Part shown: one piece after another, positions 37,671 through 49,905 of the stretch
Layout: each line of letters opens with the position of its first letter
How positions within the stretch are numbered: the first letter of the stretch is position 1
NCBI RefSeq assembly: GCF_963921235.1
Contig: NC_086098.1
Location: 5,022,001-5,086,000 of the forward strand
Source: Mobula hypostoma
Lineage: Eukaryota
DNA: 64,000 bases
Direction: 5' to 3'
The notes under the pieces: model-generated
Told to the model about the DNA's origin: nothing
The model's database searches: none
Seen by the model: only the letters and a program-made list of their open reading frames with translations
Translations under genes and position numbers: made by a program

Positions 37671-39755
37671 ACATAGAACATAGAACATAGAATAGTTCAG
37701 CACAGTACAGGCCCTTCGGCCCACAATGTTGTGCCGACCCTCAAACCCTGCCTCCCATATAAGCCCCCACCTTAGATTCCTCCATATACCTGTCTAGTAG
37801 TCTCTTAAACTTCACTAGTGTATCTGCCTCCACCATTGACTCAGGCAGTGCATTCCACGCACCAACCACTCTCTGAGTAAAAAACCTTCCTCTAATATCC
37901 TCCTTGAACTTCCCAGCCCTTACCTTAAAGCCATGTCCCCTTGTATTGGGCAGTGGTGCCCTGGGGAAGAGGTGCTGGCTATCCACTCTATCTATTCCTC
38001 TTATTATCTTGTACACCTCTATCATGTCTCCTCTCATCCTCCTTCTCTCCAAAGAGTAAAGCCCTAGCTCCCTTAATCTCTGATCATAATGCATACTTTC
38101 TAAACCAGGCAGCATCCTGGTAAATCTCCTCTGCACCCTTTCCAATGCTTCCACATCCTTCCTATAGTGAGGTGACTAGAACTGGACACAGTACTCCAAG
38201 TGTGGCCTAACTAGAGTTTTATAGAGCTGCATCATTACATCGCAACTCTTAAACTCCATCCCTCGACTTATGAAAGCTAACACCCCATAAGCTTTCTTAA
38301 CTACCCTATCCACCTGTGAGGCAACTTTCAGGGATCTGTGGACATGTACCCCCAGATCCCTCTGCTCCTCCACACTACCAAGTATCCTGCCATTTACTTT
38401 GTACTCTCTCTTAGAGTTTGTCCTTCCAAAGTGTACCATCTCACACTTCTCCGAGTTGAACTCCATCTGCCACTTCTCAGCCCACTTCTGCATCCTATCA
38501 ATGTCTCTCTGCAATCTTTGACAATCCTCTACACTATCTACAACACCACCAACATTTGTGTCATCTGCAAACTTGCCAACCCACCCTTCTACCCCCACAT
38601 CCAGGTCGTTAATAAAAATCACGAAAAGTAGAGGTCCCAGAACTGATCCTTGTGGGACACCACTAGTCACAATCCTCCAATCTGAAAATACTCCCTCCAC
38701 CACGACCCTCTGCCTTCTGCAGACAAACCAATTCTGAATCCACCTGGCCAAACTTCCCTGGATTCCATGTCTTCTAACTTTCTGAATAAGCCTACTGTGT
38801 GGAACCTTGTCAAATGCCTTACTAAAATCCATGTAGATCACATCCACTGCACTACCCTCATCTATATGCCTGGTCACCTCCTCAAAGAAGTATCCCTACT
38901 ACCTTTTTTGAACAAGGGAACAACATTCGCCTCCCTCCAATCCTCTGGTACCATTCCCGTGGACAACGAGGACATAAAGATGCTAGCCAGAGGCTCTGCA
39001 ATCTCTTCCCTCGCCTTGTGGAGCAGCCTGGGGAATATTCCGTCAGGCCCATTGGACTTGTCTGTCCTAATGTATTTTAACAACTCCAACACCTCCTCTC
39101 CCTTAATATCAACATGCTGCAGAACATCAAACTCACTCATATTGTCCTCACCATCATCAAGTTCCCTCTCATTGGTGAATACCGAAGAGAAGTATTCATT
39201 GAGGACCTCGCTCACTTCCACAACCTCCAGGCACATCTTCCCACCTTTATCTCTAATCGGTCCAAGCTTCACTCCTGTCATCCTTTTTTTCTTCACATAA
39301 TTGAAGAATGCCTTGGGGTTTTCCTTTACCCTACTCGCCAAGGCCTTCTCATGCCCCCTTCTTGCTCTTCTCAGCCCTTTCTTAAGCTCCTTTCTTGCTT
39401 CCCTATATTCCTCAATAGACCCATCTGATCCTTGCTTCCTAAACCTCATGTATGCTGCCTTCTTCCACCTGACTAGATTTTCCACCTCACTTGTCACCCA
39501 TGGTTTCTTCACCCTACCATTCTTTATCTTCCTCACCGGGACAAATTTCTCCCTTACATCCCGCAAGAGATCTCTAAACATCGACCACATGTCCATTGTA
39601 CATTTCTCTGCAAAAACATCATCCCAATTCACACCCGCAAGTTCTAGCCTTATAGCCTCATAATTTGCCTTTCCCCAATTAAAAATTTTCCTGTCCTCTT
39701 TGATTCTATCCTTTTCCATGATAATTATAAAGGCCAGGGAGCTGTGGTCACTGTA
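37671..39755 (-). mobile_element. CR1 (subfamily 'A') ORF2, 5'-truncated, with an internal deletion near 38890
   Basis: ORFs 38874-39761, 38176-38877 and 37741-38154 are closely similar to 13336-15500. The NYRPVSLT...SCLT segment is missing. Confidence 0.95.
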
Positions 39756-40122
39756 TGGCAAATTTCCCAGTGATCTTCTCTGCTTTAAGGTGAAGAACCG
39801 TGCATCTATGACCTCTATATGTTCTTATCTGTGTGACTTTGCAATGAAGAACCACACCCTCCACAATAAATCTTTTAAATCTGCCGCGCTGCACTGCCCG
39901 ACGTCACACGCCTGCGCAGTCCCGCCTCTCAGAAAGCCGTTGGAGAAAAAAAAATAACGAAAATTTCAAAAATCTCTTTTTCGGCACTCCCACTCAGACT
40001 CCTTCTTCGAATCAAGCAGAGTGAAGACTTAAGGGCTTCGGCTCACCGGGCTTAGGCGGAAGCGGGCGAGGCGAGGAAGGTTTGACATTCATTTTCTGTT
40101 GCTATTTGAGGAGAGGGGCATT

Positions 40123-41058
40123 ATGAGTGTGAGGGCAGTTTGCTGTTCTCGGTGTCGGATGTGGGAGGCCCTGGAGTCTCCAAGCCTCCCGGACGTCTAC
40201 ATCTGCGCCAAGTGCATCGAGATGCAGCTCCTAAGGGACCGCGTTACGGAACTGGAGCTGCAGCTCGATGACCTTCGTCTGGTCAGGGAGAGCGAGGAGG
40301 TGATAGAGAGGAGTGGAAGGCAGGTGGTCACGCCGGGGCCACGGGAGGCAGACAAGTGGGTCACGGTTAGGAGGGGGAAGGGGAAAAGGAAGGTGATGGG
40401 GAGTACCCCGGCGGCTGTGCCCCTTAACAACAGGTACTCCTGTTTGAGTACTGTTGGGGGGGACAGCTTACCCGGGGGAAGCGACAGTGGCCCTGCCTCC
40501 GGCACAGAGTCTGGCCCTGTAGCTCAGAAGGGTAGGGCAAGGAAGAGGAGGGCAGTTGTGATAGGGGACTCGATAGTAAGGGGGTCAGATAGGCGATTCT
40601 GTGGACGCAGTCCAGAGACTCGGATGGTAGTTTGCCTCCCTGGTGCCAGGGTCCGGGATATTTCTGATCGTGTCCAAGATATCCTGAAGTGGGAGGGTGA
40701 AGAGCCAGAGGTCCTGGTACATATAGGTACCAATGACATAGGTAGGAAAAGGGATGAGGTCCTGAAAGAAGAATATAGGGAGCTAGGAAGGGAGTTGAGA
40801 AAAAGGACCGCAAAGGTAGTAATCTCGGGATTACTGCCTGTGCCACGCGACAGTGAGAGTAGGAATGCGATGAGGTGGAGGATAAATGCGTGGCTGAGGG
40901 ATTGGAGCAGGGGGCAGGGATTCAAGTTTTTGGATCATTGGGACCTCTTTTGGCGCAGGTGTGACCTGTACAAAAAGGACGGGTTACACTTAAATCCTCG
41001 GGGGACCAATATCCTGGCAGGGAGATTAGCGGGGGCTACTGAGGTGACTTTAAACTAG
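40123..41058 (+). CDS. CR1 ORF1 protein: N-terminal Cys-rich (zinc-finger-like) motif, leucine zipper, SGNH esterase domain
   Basis: MSVRAVCCSRC...CAKC, LRDRVTELELQLDDL, VIGDSIVRG, HIGTND and DGLHLN motifs. First ATG at 40123. Confidence 0.9.
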   Translation: MSVRAVCCSRCRMWEALESPSLPDVYICAKCIEMQLLRDRVTELELQLDDLRLVRESEEVIERSGRQVVTPGPREADKWVTVRRGKGKRKVMGSTPAAVPLNNRYSCLSTVGGDSLPGGSDSGPASGTESGPVAQKGRARKRRAVVIGDSIVRGSDRRFCGRSPETRMVVCLPGARVRDISDRVQDILKWEGEEPEVLVHIGTNDIGRKRDEVLKEEYRELGRELRKRTAKVVISGLLPVPRDSESRNAMRWRINAWLRDWSRGQGFKFLDHWDLFWRRCDLYKKDGLHLNPRGTNILAGRLAGATEVTLN

Positions 41059-41063
41059 AATGG

Positions 41064-44000
41064 TTGGGGGGTGGGAATCAAATTAAAGCGGCTAGGTGTG
41101 AGGAGGTTAGTTCACAACAGAGGGATGGGAACCAGTGCAGAGAGACAGAGGGGTGTAAAGTGAGCGTAGAAGCAAAAAGTACAAAGGGGAAAAGTAAAAG
41201 TGGCAGGCCGACAAATCCAGGGCAAGCATTAAAAAGGGCTAAGAGAGTTGTAAAAGAGTGCCTGAAGGCTTTATGTGTCAATGCAAGGAGCATTCGTAAT
41301 AAGGTGGATGAATTGAAAGTGCAGATTGTTATTAATGATTATGATATAGTTGGGATCACAGAGACATGGCTCCAGGGTGACCAGGGATGGGAGCTCAACG
41401 TTCAGGGATATTCAATATTCAGGAGGGATAGACACGAAGGAAGGGGAGGTGGGGTGGCGTTGCTGGTTAAAAAAGAGATTAACGCAATAGAAAGGAAGGA
41501 CATAAGCCGGGAAGATGTGGAATCGATATGGGTAGAGCTGCTAAACACTAAGGGGCAGAAGACGCTGGTGGGAGTTGTGTACAGGCCACCTAACAGTAGT
41601 AGTGAGGTCGGAGATGGTATTAAACAGGAAATTAGAAATGTGTGCAATAAAGGAACAGCAGTTATAATGGGTGACTTCAATCTACATGTAGACTGGGTGA
41701 ACCAAATTGGTAAAGGTGCTGAGGAAGAGGATTTCTTGGAATGTATGTGGGATGGTTTTTTGAACCAACATGTCGAGGAACCGACTAGAGAGCAGGCTAT
41801 TCTGGACTGGGTTTTGAGCAATGAGGAAGGGTTAATTAGCGATCTTGTCGTGAGAGGCCCCTTGGGTAAGAGTGACCATAATATGGTGGAATTCTTCATT
41901 AAGAAGGAGAGTGACGTAGTTAATTCAGAAACAAAGGTTCTGAACTTAAAGAGGGGTAACTTTGAAGGTATGAGACATGAATTAGCTAAGATAGACTGGC
42001 AAATGACACTTCAAGGATTGACGGTGGATATGCAATGGCAGGCATTTAAAGGTTGCATGGATGAACTACAACAATTGTTCATCCCAGTTTGGCAAAAGAA
42101 TAAATCAAGGAAGGTAGTGCACCCGTGGCTGACAAGAGAAATTAGGGATAGTATCAATTCCAAAGAAGTAGCATACAAATTAGCCAGAGAAAGTGGCTCA
42201 CCTGAGGACTGGGAGAAATTCAGAGTTCAGCAGAGGAGGACAAAGGGCTTAATTAGGAAGGGGAAAAAAGATTATGAGAGAAAACTAGCAGAGAACATAA
42301 AAACGGACTGTAAAAGCTTTTATAGATATGTAAAAAGGAAAAGACTGATAAAGACAAATGTAGGTCCCCTGCAAACAGAAACAGGTGAATTGATTATGGG
42401 GAGCAAGGACATGGCAGACCAATTGAATAATTACTTTGGTTCTGTCTTCACTAAGGAGGACATAAATAATCTTCCAGAAATAGTAAGGGACAGAGGGTCC
42501 AGTGAGATGGAGGAACTGAGCGAAATACATGTTAGTAGGGAAGTGGTGTTAGGTAAATTGAAGGGATTGAAGGCAGATAAATCCCCAGGGCCAGATGGTC
42601 TGCATCCCAGAGTGCTTAAGGAAGTGGCCCAAGAAATAGTGGATGCATTAGTGATAATTTTTCAAAACTCGTTAGATTCTGGACTAGTTCCTGAGGATTG
42701 GAGGGTGGCTAATGTAACCCCACTTTTTAAAAAAGGAGGGAGAGAGAAACCGGGGAATTATAGGCCGGTTAGCCTAACGTCGGTGGTGGGGAAACTGCTG
42801 GAGTCAGTTATCAAGGATGTGATAACAGCACATTTGGAAAGCGGTGAAATGATCGGACAAAGTCAGCATGGATTTGTGAAAGGAAAATCATGTCTGACGA
42901 ATCTCATAGAATTTTTTGAGGATGTAACTAGTAGAGTGGATAGGGGGAGAACCAGTGGATGTGGTATATTTGGATTTTCAAAAGGCTTTTGACAAGGTCC
43001 CACACAGGAGATTAGTGTGCAAACTTAAAGCACACGGTATTGGGGGTAAGGTATTGGTGTGGGTGGAGAATTGGTTAGCAGACAGGAAGCAAAGAGTGGG
43101 AATAAACGGGACCTTTTCAGAATGGCAGGCGGTGACTAGTGGGGTACCGCAAGGCTCAGTGCTGGGACCCCAGTTGTTTACAATATATATTAATGACTTG
43201 GATGAGGGAATTAAATGCGGCATCTCCAAGTTTGCGGATGACACGAAGCTGGGTGGCAGTGTTAGCAGTGAGGAGGATGCTAAGAGGATGCAGGGTGACT
43301 TGGATAGGTTGGGTGAGTGGGCAAACTCATGGCAGATGCAATTTAATGTGGATAAATGTGAAGTTATCCACTTTGGTGGCAAAAATAGGAAAACAGATTA
43401 TTATCTGAATGGTGGCCGATTAGGAAAAGGGGAGGTGCAACGAGACCTGGGTGTCATTATACACCAGTCATTGAAAGTGGGCATGCAGGTACAGCAGGCG
43501 GTGAAAAAGGCGAACGGTATGCTGGCATTTATAGCGAGAGGATTCGAGTACAGGAGCAGGGAGGTACTACTGCAGTTGTACAAGGCCTTGGTGAGACCAC
43601 ACCTGGAGTATTGTGTGCAGTTTTGGTCCCCTAATCTGAGGAAAGACATCTTTGCCATAGAGGGAGTACAAAGAAGGTTCACCAGATTGATTCCTGGGAT
43701 GGCAGGTCTTTCATATGAAGAAAGACTGGATGAACTGGGCTTGTACTCGTTGGAATTTAGAAGATTGAGGGGGGATCTGATTGAAACGTATAAGATCCTA
43801 AAGGGATTGGACAGGCTAGATGCAGGAAGATTGTTCCCGATGTTGGGGAGGTCTAGAACGAGGGGTCACAGTTTGAGGATAGAGGGGAAGCCTTTTAGGA
43901 CCGAGGTTAGGAAAAACTTCTTCACACAGAGAGTGGTGAATCTGTGGAATTCTCTGCCACAGCAAACTGTTGAGGCCAGTTCATTAGCTATGTTTAAAAG

Positions 44001-44064
44001 GAAGTTAGATATGGCCCTTGTGGCTACAGGGGTCAGGGGGTATGGAGGGAAGGCTGGGTTCTGA
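41064..44064 (+). pseudogene. CR1 ORF2 (APE endonuclease plus reverse transcriptase) with one +1 frameshift at G5 42943-42947
   Basis: VNARSI, GITETWL, MGDFN and SDHN (APE); [31 protein letters not shown] and KFADD (RT). The frame changes at VDRG. Confidence 0.95.
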
Positions 44065-44939
44065 GTTGGATGATCAGCCATGATCATAATAAATGGCGGT
44101 GCAGGCTCGAAGGGCCGAATGGCCTACTCCTGCACCTATTTTCTATGTTTCTATGTTTCTATACTCCAATGAGGGAGCCAGGGACGGATGTCCTTCATGC
44201 TTTAATAATACCGAATTGAGTGAGCAATGGTATGAATATAATTAGCATACTAATTGTCCTAGCCATTAGACTTCTAGTGGCTCCATTGATGCTGAGGGAT
44301 CATCTCAGCTCATTGAAAAAAGTACAGGTTTAAGATCATAAGACATAGGAGCAGAGTTAGGCCATTCGGCCCATCGAGTCTTCTCTGCCATTCAAGTTCA
44401 ATGTTATTGTGATTCAACGGTACACGTGTATGTTGCCAAATGCGACAATGTTCCTCCAGACCAAGGCTTACTACACAGTATCTATAACCCATACACGTAA
44501 CACATGAGGTAATATTACCACCAATAAATTAACAAATACTGAGGCGCATAAGTGATACAATTTAAAAAGTAACCAGTATACCGCTACTGGCACGTCATAC
44601 ATGATGAGACCTGGGTGGTAGCAGGGAGTTTAGTCGGCTCACGGCCAGGGGGAAGAAGCTGTTTCCCATCCTAACACTTCATGCCCAAGTGCTACGGTAC
44701 CTTCTGCCTAATGGTAGGGGTTAGAGAGTGTTGCATGGATGGGAGAGATCACTGGCTGATCATGAATTCATCACTGTTGATATACTATCCCTATCAACCC
44801 CATTCTCCTGCCTTCTCCCCATTACCTTTGATACCCTGATTCATCAAGGATCTATCAACCTCTGCTTTCAATATGCCAAATGACTTGGCCTCCACAGCCG
44901 TCAGCCTTTGATATTTATTACTACCTCCTCATCATTTAC

Positions 44940-45650
44940 TACATTTGGAGTATTGCGTCCAGTTTTGGTCAACTTCCTACAGAAAATATGTAAACAAGAT
45001 TGAAAGAGTGCAGGGAAAATTTACAAAAATGTTGCTGGGACTTGAGGACCTGAGTTAAAGAGAGAGGTTGAATAGGGTTGGACTTCATTCCCTCGAACAT
45101 AGAAGATTGAGCAAAGATTTGATAGGGATATACAAAATTATGAGGGGTATAGACAGGATAAAAGCAAGCAGGCTTTTTTCCACTGAGGTTGGGGGGGGGG
45201 GAACGTCGACTCAGACCATGAGAGGCCTGCGTCGGGCATTTTCAGGCCTTACAAGGTGCAGATTGGAAGTCTGTGTGGGACGCCACCCCTCACACAGACT
45301 AGAGCAATGTGTGGTTAAGTGCCTTGCTCAAGGACACAAACACGCTGCCACAGCTGAGGCTCGAACTAGTGACCTTCAAATCACTAGACGAACGCCTTAA
45401 CCACTTGGCCACGTGAGGTTGGGTTAGACTCGAACTAGAGGTTATGGGTTAAAGGTGAAGAGTGAAAGGTTTAAGGGGAAGCTGAGAGGGAACTTCTTCA
45501 CTCAGAAGGTGGAGAGAGTATGGAACAATCTATAAAGACAACTGGTGGATGCAGGGTCAATTTCAAAATTTGAAAGAAAATCGGACAGGTATGTAGATGG
45601 TTGTGGCATGAAGGGCTATGTGCAGGTCAACGGGACTAAGCAGATTAATG
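44940..45650 (+). mobile_element. Degraded CR1 3' fragment interrupted by a SINE
   Basis: HLEYCVQFW...LEHRRL remnants on both sides of the SINE. Confidence 0.8.
45194..45413 (-). mobile_element. tRNA-derived CORE-like SINE with the same head as 3153 but a different tail
   Basis: The reverse complement begins cgtggccaagtggttaagg...agttcgagcctcagctg...gtgtccttgagcaaggcacttaac. 10-bp TSD TGAGGTTGGG at 45184-45193 and 45414-45423. Confidence 0.9.
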
Positions 45651-45958
45651 GGCCTTTTGGCACCCTTATGCTCAATTTTTAGAACAGGATTATTCATTGC
45701 TGTTTCTGTAGCAATTTTTCTGACCAGTCAGGGTTGCTAGCCCTGAGCTAAACTCACGGACTGATGGCCTCTACCCCTTGACCTGTTTGTTATGGATGAC
45801 TCCACCAAGAGCCAAAGCATAAAGCCTTGACTGCAGCCAACATAGCTCTCTGGGACATTGAGCCATGCAAGCCTTCAAACCTCAACAAGGTTTTCGTCCT
45901 CTTAAAGATGTGCGATCCAAGAGTTTCTTAAATGACCCTAGTGGCCATATAACCACAT

Positions 45959-46051
45959 AACAATTACAGCATCGAAACAGGCCATCTCGAACAATTACAG
46001 CACGGAAACAGGCCATCTCGAACAATTACAGCACAGAAACAGGCCATCTCG
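45959..46051. repeat. 31-bp tandem repeat x3 in a minus-strand CR1 3' tail
   Basis: aacaattacagcacggaaacaggccatctcg repeated three times with no spacers. Confidence 0.9.
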
Positions 46052-46801
46052 GCCCTTCTAGTCCGAGCCGAACTCTTACTCTCACCTTGTCCCACCGACC
46101 TGCACTCGGCCCATAACCCTCCATTCCGACAACATCGAACCTACCTCAACCACTTCTGCTGGAAGCTCGTTCCACACAGCCACCACTGTGTGTATTGTAA
46201 TGTATCTGCCTTTATACTCAACTCGAAGGAAAACAATCCTTTGTTAGAGAAAACTATTCTGAAAAGGTATTTTATAGCTCATCAAGATAGGAACCTGCAA
46301 CTGTGTTCCACATACCCTCCACTCACTCTCTGTATAAAAATCTGACTTTTGGCTTTCCCCTATACATTCCTCCAATCACTTCAAAATTAAGCACCCTTGT
46401 GTTAACTATTCGATTCCTGGAACCAACCTGCAGAACCGTCATCACTGCTGCGGCAACACTATGACCACTTTGCACTCAAGTAGACTTTTCATTTACATCA
46501 AGACTGAAACTGGAGAGGGTTCAAAGGAGATTCACGAAAATGATTCCAGGATTGAATGTCTTGTCATATGAAGAGTGTTTAATGGCTCTGGGTCTGTATT
46601 CACTGGAATTCAGAAGTGAGGGGTGACCTCATTGAAACCTATCGAATGGTGAAAGGCCTTGATAGAGTGGATGTGGAGAGGATATTTCCTCTGCTGGGAG
46701 AGTCTAAGACCAGAAGACACAGCCTCTGCATAGAGGGGCATCCTTTTAGAACAGAGATGAGGAAGAACTTCTTTAGTCAGAGAGTGGTAAATCTGTGGAA
46801 T

Positions 46802-48824
46802 CAACACTCACAACATGCTGGAGGAACTCAGCAGGTCGGGCAGCATCCGTGAAAATGATCAGTCAATGTTTCGGGCCGGAACCCTTTGTCAGGACTGAAG
46901 AGGGAAGGGGCAGAGGCCCTATAAAGAAGGTGGGGGGAGGGTGGGAAGGAGAAGGCTGGTAGGTTCCAGGTGAAGAACCAGTAAGGGGAAAGATAAAGGG
47001 GTGGGGAAGGGAGGCAGGGAGGTGATAGGCAGGAAAAGGGAAGAAGGAATAGGGGAAAACACAATGGGTAGTTGAAGGAGGTGGAACCATGAGGGAGGTG
47101 ATGGGCAGCTGGGGAGGGGGCAGAGTGAAAAAAGGATAGGGGAAGGGAGTGGAAGGGAATTACCGGAAGTTGGAGAATTCTATGTTCATACCAAGGGGCT
47201 GGAGACTACCTAGACGGTATATGAGGTGTTGCTCCTCCAACCTGAGTTTAGCCTCATCATGGCAGTAGAGGAGGCCATGTATGGACATGTCCAAATGGGA
47301 GTGGGAAGCAGAGTTGAAGTGGGTGGCAACCGGGAGATCCTGTCTGTTGTGGCGGACGGAGCGGAGGTGCTCGACGAAGTGGTCCCCCAGTCTGCGTCGG
47401 GTCTCACCGATGTAGAGGAGGCCGCACCGGGAGCACCGAATGCAATAGATGACCCCAACAGACTCACAAGTGAAGTGTTGCCTCACCTGGAAGGATTGTT
47501 TGGGGCCCTGAATGGTGGCAAGAGAGGAGGTGTAGGGACAGGTGTAGCACCTACGCTTACAGGGATAAGTGCCAGGTGGGAGATCCATGGGGAGGGATGT
47601 GTGGATCAGGGAGTTGCGGAGGGACCGATTCCTGTGGAAAGCGGAGAGGGGTGGAGAGGGAACGATGTGCTTAGTGGTGGGGTCCTGTTGAAGGTGGCGG
47701 AAGTTGCGGAGGATAATGTGCTGGATCCGGAGGCTGGTGGGGTGGTAGGTGAGGAGAAGGGGAACTCTGTCCCTGTTGTGGTGGCGGGAGGATGGGGTGA
47801 GGGACGAAGTGCGGGAAATGGAGGAGATGCGGGTGAGGGCATCATTGATGACGGCAGAAGGGAAACCATGATCCTTAAAGAAAGAGGACATTTGAGATAT
47901 CCTGGAATGGAAAACCTCATCCTCGGAGCAGATGCGGCGGAGACGGAGGAACTGGGAATAGGGAATGGTATTTTTGCATGTGGCAGGGTGGGAAGAGGTA
48001 TAGTCGAGTCAGTGGGCTTGTAGAAGATGTCAGTGGACAGTCTGTCTCCAGAGATAGAGACTGAGAGATCCAGAAAGGGGAGAAAAGTGTCCGAGATAGA
48101 CCAACTGAATTTGTTTGCCGCACCAGGAGCATTGGATGCAATGGATGACCCCAACAGACTCACAAGTGAAGTGTTGCCTCACCTGGAAGGACTATTTGGG
48201 GCCCTGAATGGTGGCAAGAGAGGAGGTGTAGGGACAGGTGTAGCACTCCCGGTTGCCACCCATTTCACCCTCTGCTTCCCATTCCCATTCGGATATGTCC
48301 ATACATGGCCTCCTCTACTGCCATAATGAGGCTAAACTCAGGTTGGAGGAGCAACACCTCATATACCATCTAGGTAGTCTCCAGCCCGTTGGTACGAACA
48401 TACAATTCTCCAACTTCCAGTAATTCCCTCCCCCTCCCTTCCTCTATCCCTATGTCACCCTTCCCCTTCCCCCAGCTGCCTATCACCTCCCTCATGGTTC
48501 CACCTCCTTCTACTACCCATTGTGTTTTCCCCTGTTCCTTCTTCACCTTTCCTGCCTATCACCTCCCTGCTTCCCCTCCCCCACCCCTTTATCTTTCCCC
48601 TTACTGGTTTTTCACCTGGAACCTACCAGCCTTCTCCTTCCCACCCTCCTCCCCACCACCTTCTTTATAGGGCCTCTACCCCTTCCCTCTTCAGTCCTAA
48701 CGAAGGGTTCCAGCCCGAAACGTCGACCAATCTTTTTCACGGATGCTGCCCAACCTGCTGAGTTCCTCCAGCGTGTTGTGAGTGTTGCTTTGACCCCAGC
48801 ATCTGCAGAGTATTTTGTGTTATT
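46802..48824 (-). mobile_element. Penelope-like element with inverted terminal duplication, inserted in a CR1
   Basis: 46802-~47335 is the reverse complement of ~48250-48790. 12-bp TSD AATCTGTGGAAT at 46790-46801 and 48825-48836. The host CR1 runs 46505-46801 and 48825-49050. Confidence 0.92.
47160..47891 (-). CDS. Penelope GIY-YIG endonuclease and linker (fragment of the RT-EN polyprotein)
   Basis: CKRRCYTC linker, VIYCIRCSRCGLLYIGETRRRLGDHFVEH, and LRLEEQHLIYRLGSLQPLGMN. Confidence 0.9.
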   Translation of the reverse strand: MSSFFKDHGFPSAVINDALTRISSISRTSSLTPSSRHHNRDRVPLLLTYHPTSLRIQHIILRNFRHLQQDPTTKHIVPSPPLSAFHRNRSLRNSLIHTSLPMDLPPGTYPCKRRCYTCPYTSSLATIQGPKQSFQVRQHFTCESVGVIYCIRCSRCGLLYIGETRRRLGDHFVEHLRSVRHNRQDLPVATHFNSASHSHLDMSIHGLLYCHDEAKLRLEEQHLIYRLGSLQPLGMNIEFSNFR

Positions 48825-49153
48825 AATCTGTGGAATTCATTGTCACAGGCAGCTGTGGAGACGAAGTCTTTATGTATATTTAAGGCAGAGGTTGATAGAT
48901 TCTTGATTGGTCAGGGCATGAAGGGATACGGGGAGAAGGCAGGAGCATGGGTCTGAGAGGGAAAATGGATCAACCATGATGAAATGGTGCAGCAGACTCG
49001 ATGGGCCAAATGAGCTAATTCTGCTCTTCTATCTTATGGTCTTATGGTCTAAGACTACAAAAATATCAGCTGTGTTACAATGTTTGACTTAATATATTAT
49101 GCTGAGCACTCTGCCTATAACCTTGCAGGGTTTGTTTTCTTGATGGGCTACAG

Positions 49154-49905
49154 CAGGGGTCCCCAACCTTTTTTTGCACCGCGGACCGGTTTAATATCGA
49201 CAATATTCTTACGGACCGGCCGATGGGGGGGTGGTGGTGGTGTTCAGGTAGGTTTAAACTCACCTCAACATGTCTTATACAGTTAGGGTTGCCAACTTTC
49301 TCACTCCCAAATAAGGGACAAAAGTAGCAGTCAAATCCCAGGACACTTTACCCCGAGAAAGACTACCATGACCATGAAGCCTTGCGCGGGCACTGGTGTG
49401 CGCATGCGCGTACGTGCCGATTTTTTTTCCACAGACCGGTTTTGGCTTCATCTTCCTGACTACACTGTACATACGTTATTTCTACTTTATAAAGGCTGTG
49501 TATTTATCATATCATTCCTGCTTTTACTATATGTTAGTGTTATTTTCGGTTTTGTGTGTTATTTGGTATGATTTGGTAGGTTATTTTTTGGGTCTGGGAA
49601 CACTCAAAAAATTTTCCCATATAAATTAATGGTAATTGCTTCTTCGCTTCACGCCATTTCGGCACGAAAGGTTTCATAGGAACACACTACCTTAGCGGGG
49701 GAAATACGGGACAAGGGCGGTCCCGTATGGGACAAACCAACTTAGCCCAATATACGGGATGTCCCGGCAAATATGGGACAGTTGGCAACCCCATGTTCAA
49801 GTTCAACAGTACGCGACAGGGAATGAGAAAAGGTGCAGTTGACTCATATCGTTTCCTCGCAGCCTGGTAGCACATGCTCTGCGGCCCGGTGGTTGGGGAA
49901 CACTG
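49154..49905. mobile_element. Non-autonomous hAT (Charlie-like) element
   Basis: TIRs CAGGGGTCCCCAACC / GGTTGGGGAACACTG with a perfect 8-bp TSD GGCTACAG on both sides. Confidence 0.93.
49284..49793. mobile_element. Second TIR element (hAT-like) nested in the Charlie-like MITE
   Basis: TIRs TAGGGTTGCCAAC / GTTGGCAACCCCA with subterminal GGGACA repeats. No clear TSD. Confidence 0.7.

Larger units (their letters stand above)
39873..44162 (+). mobile_element. Near-full-length young CR1 LINE (subfamily 'B', HER1-like)
   Basis: CpG-rich 5' region, intact ORF1, ORF2 with a single frameshift, and 3' UTR ...aagggccgaatggcctactcctgcacctattttctatgtttctatgtttct. Confidence 0.97.

Noticed and set aside
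41064..44064. Reverse transcriptase as a retron, DGR or group II intron system
   Set aside because: An APE endonuclease-RT fusion, esterase ORF1 and microsatellite tail define an ordinary CR1 LINE.
44205..44262. Minus-strand hydrophobic mini-ORF MARTISMLIIFIPLLTQFG as a leader exon
   Set aside because: Weak donor, short AT-rich context and no supporting paralog, so it is indistinguishable from chance.
45959..46051. 31-bp repeats as a CRISPR array
   Set aside because: The units are directly adjacent with no spacers, lie in a CR1 3' tail, and the DNA is eukaryotic.
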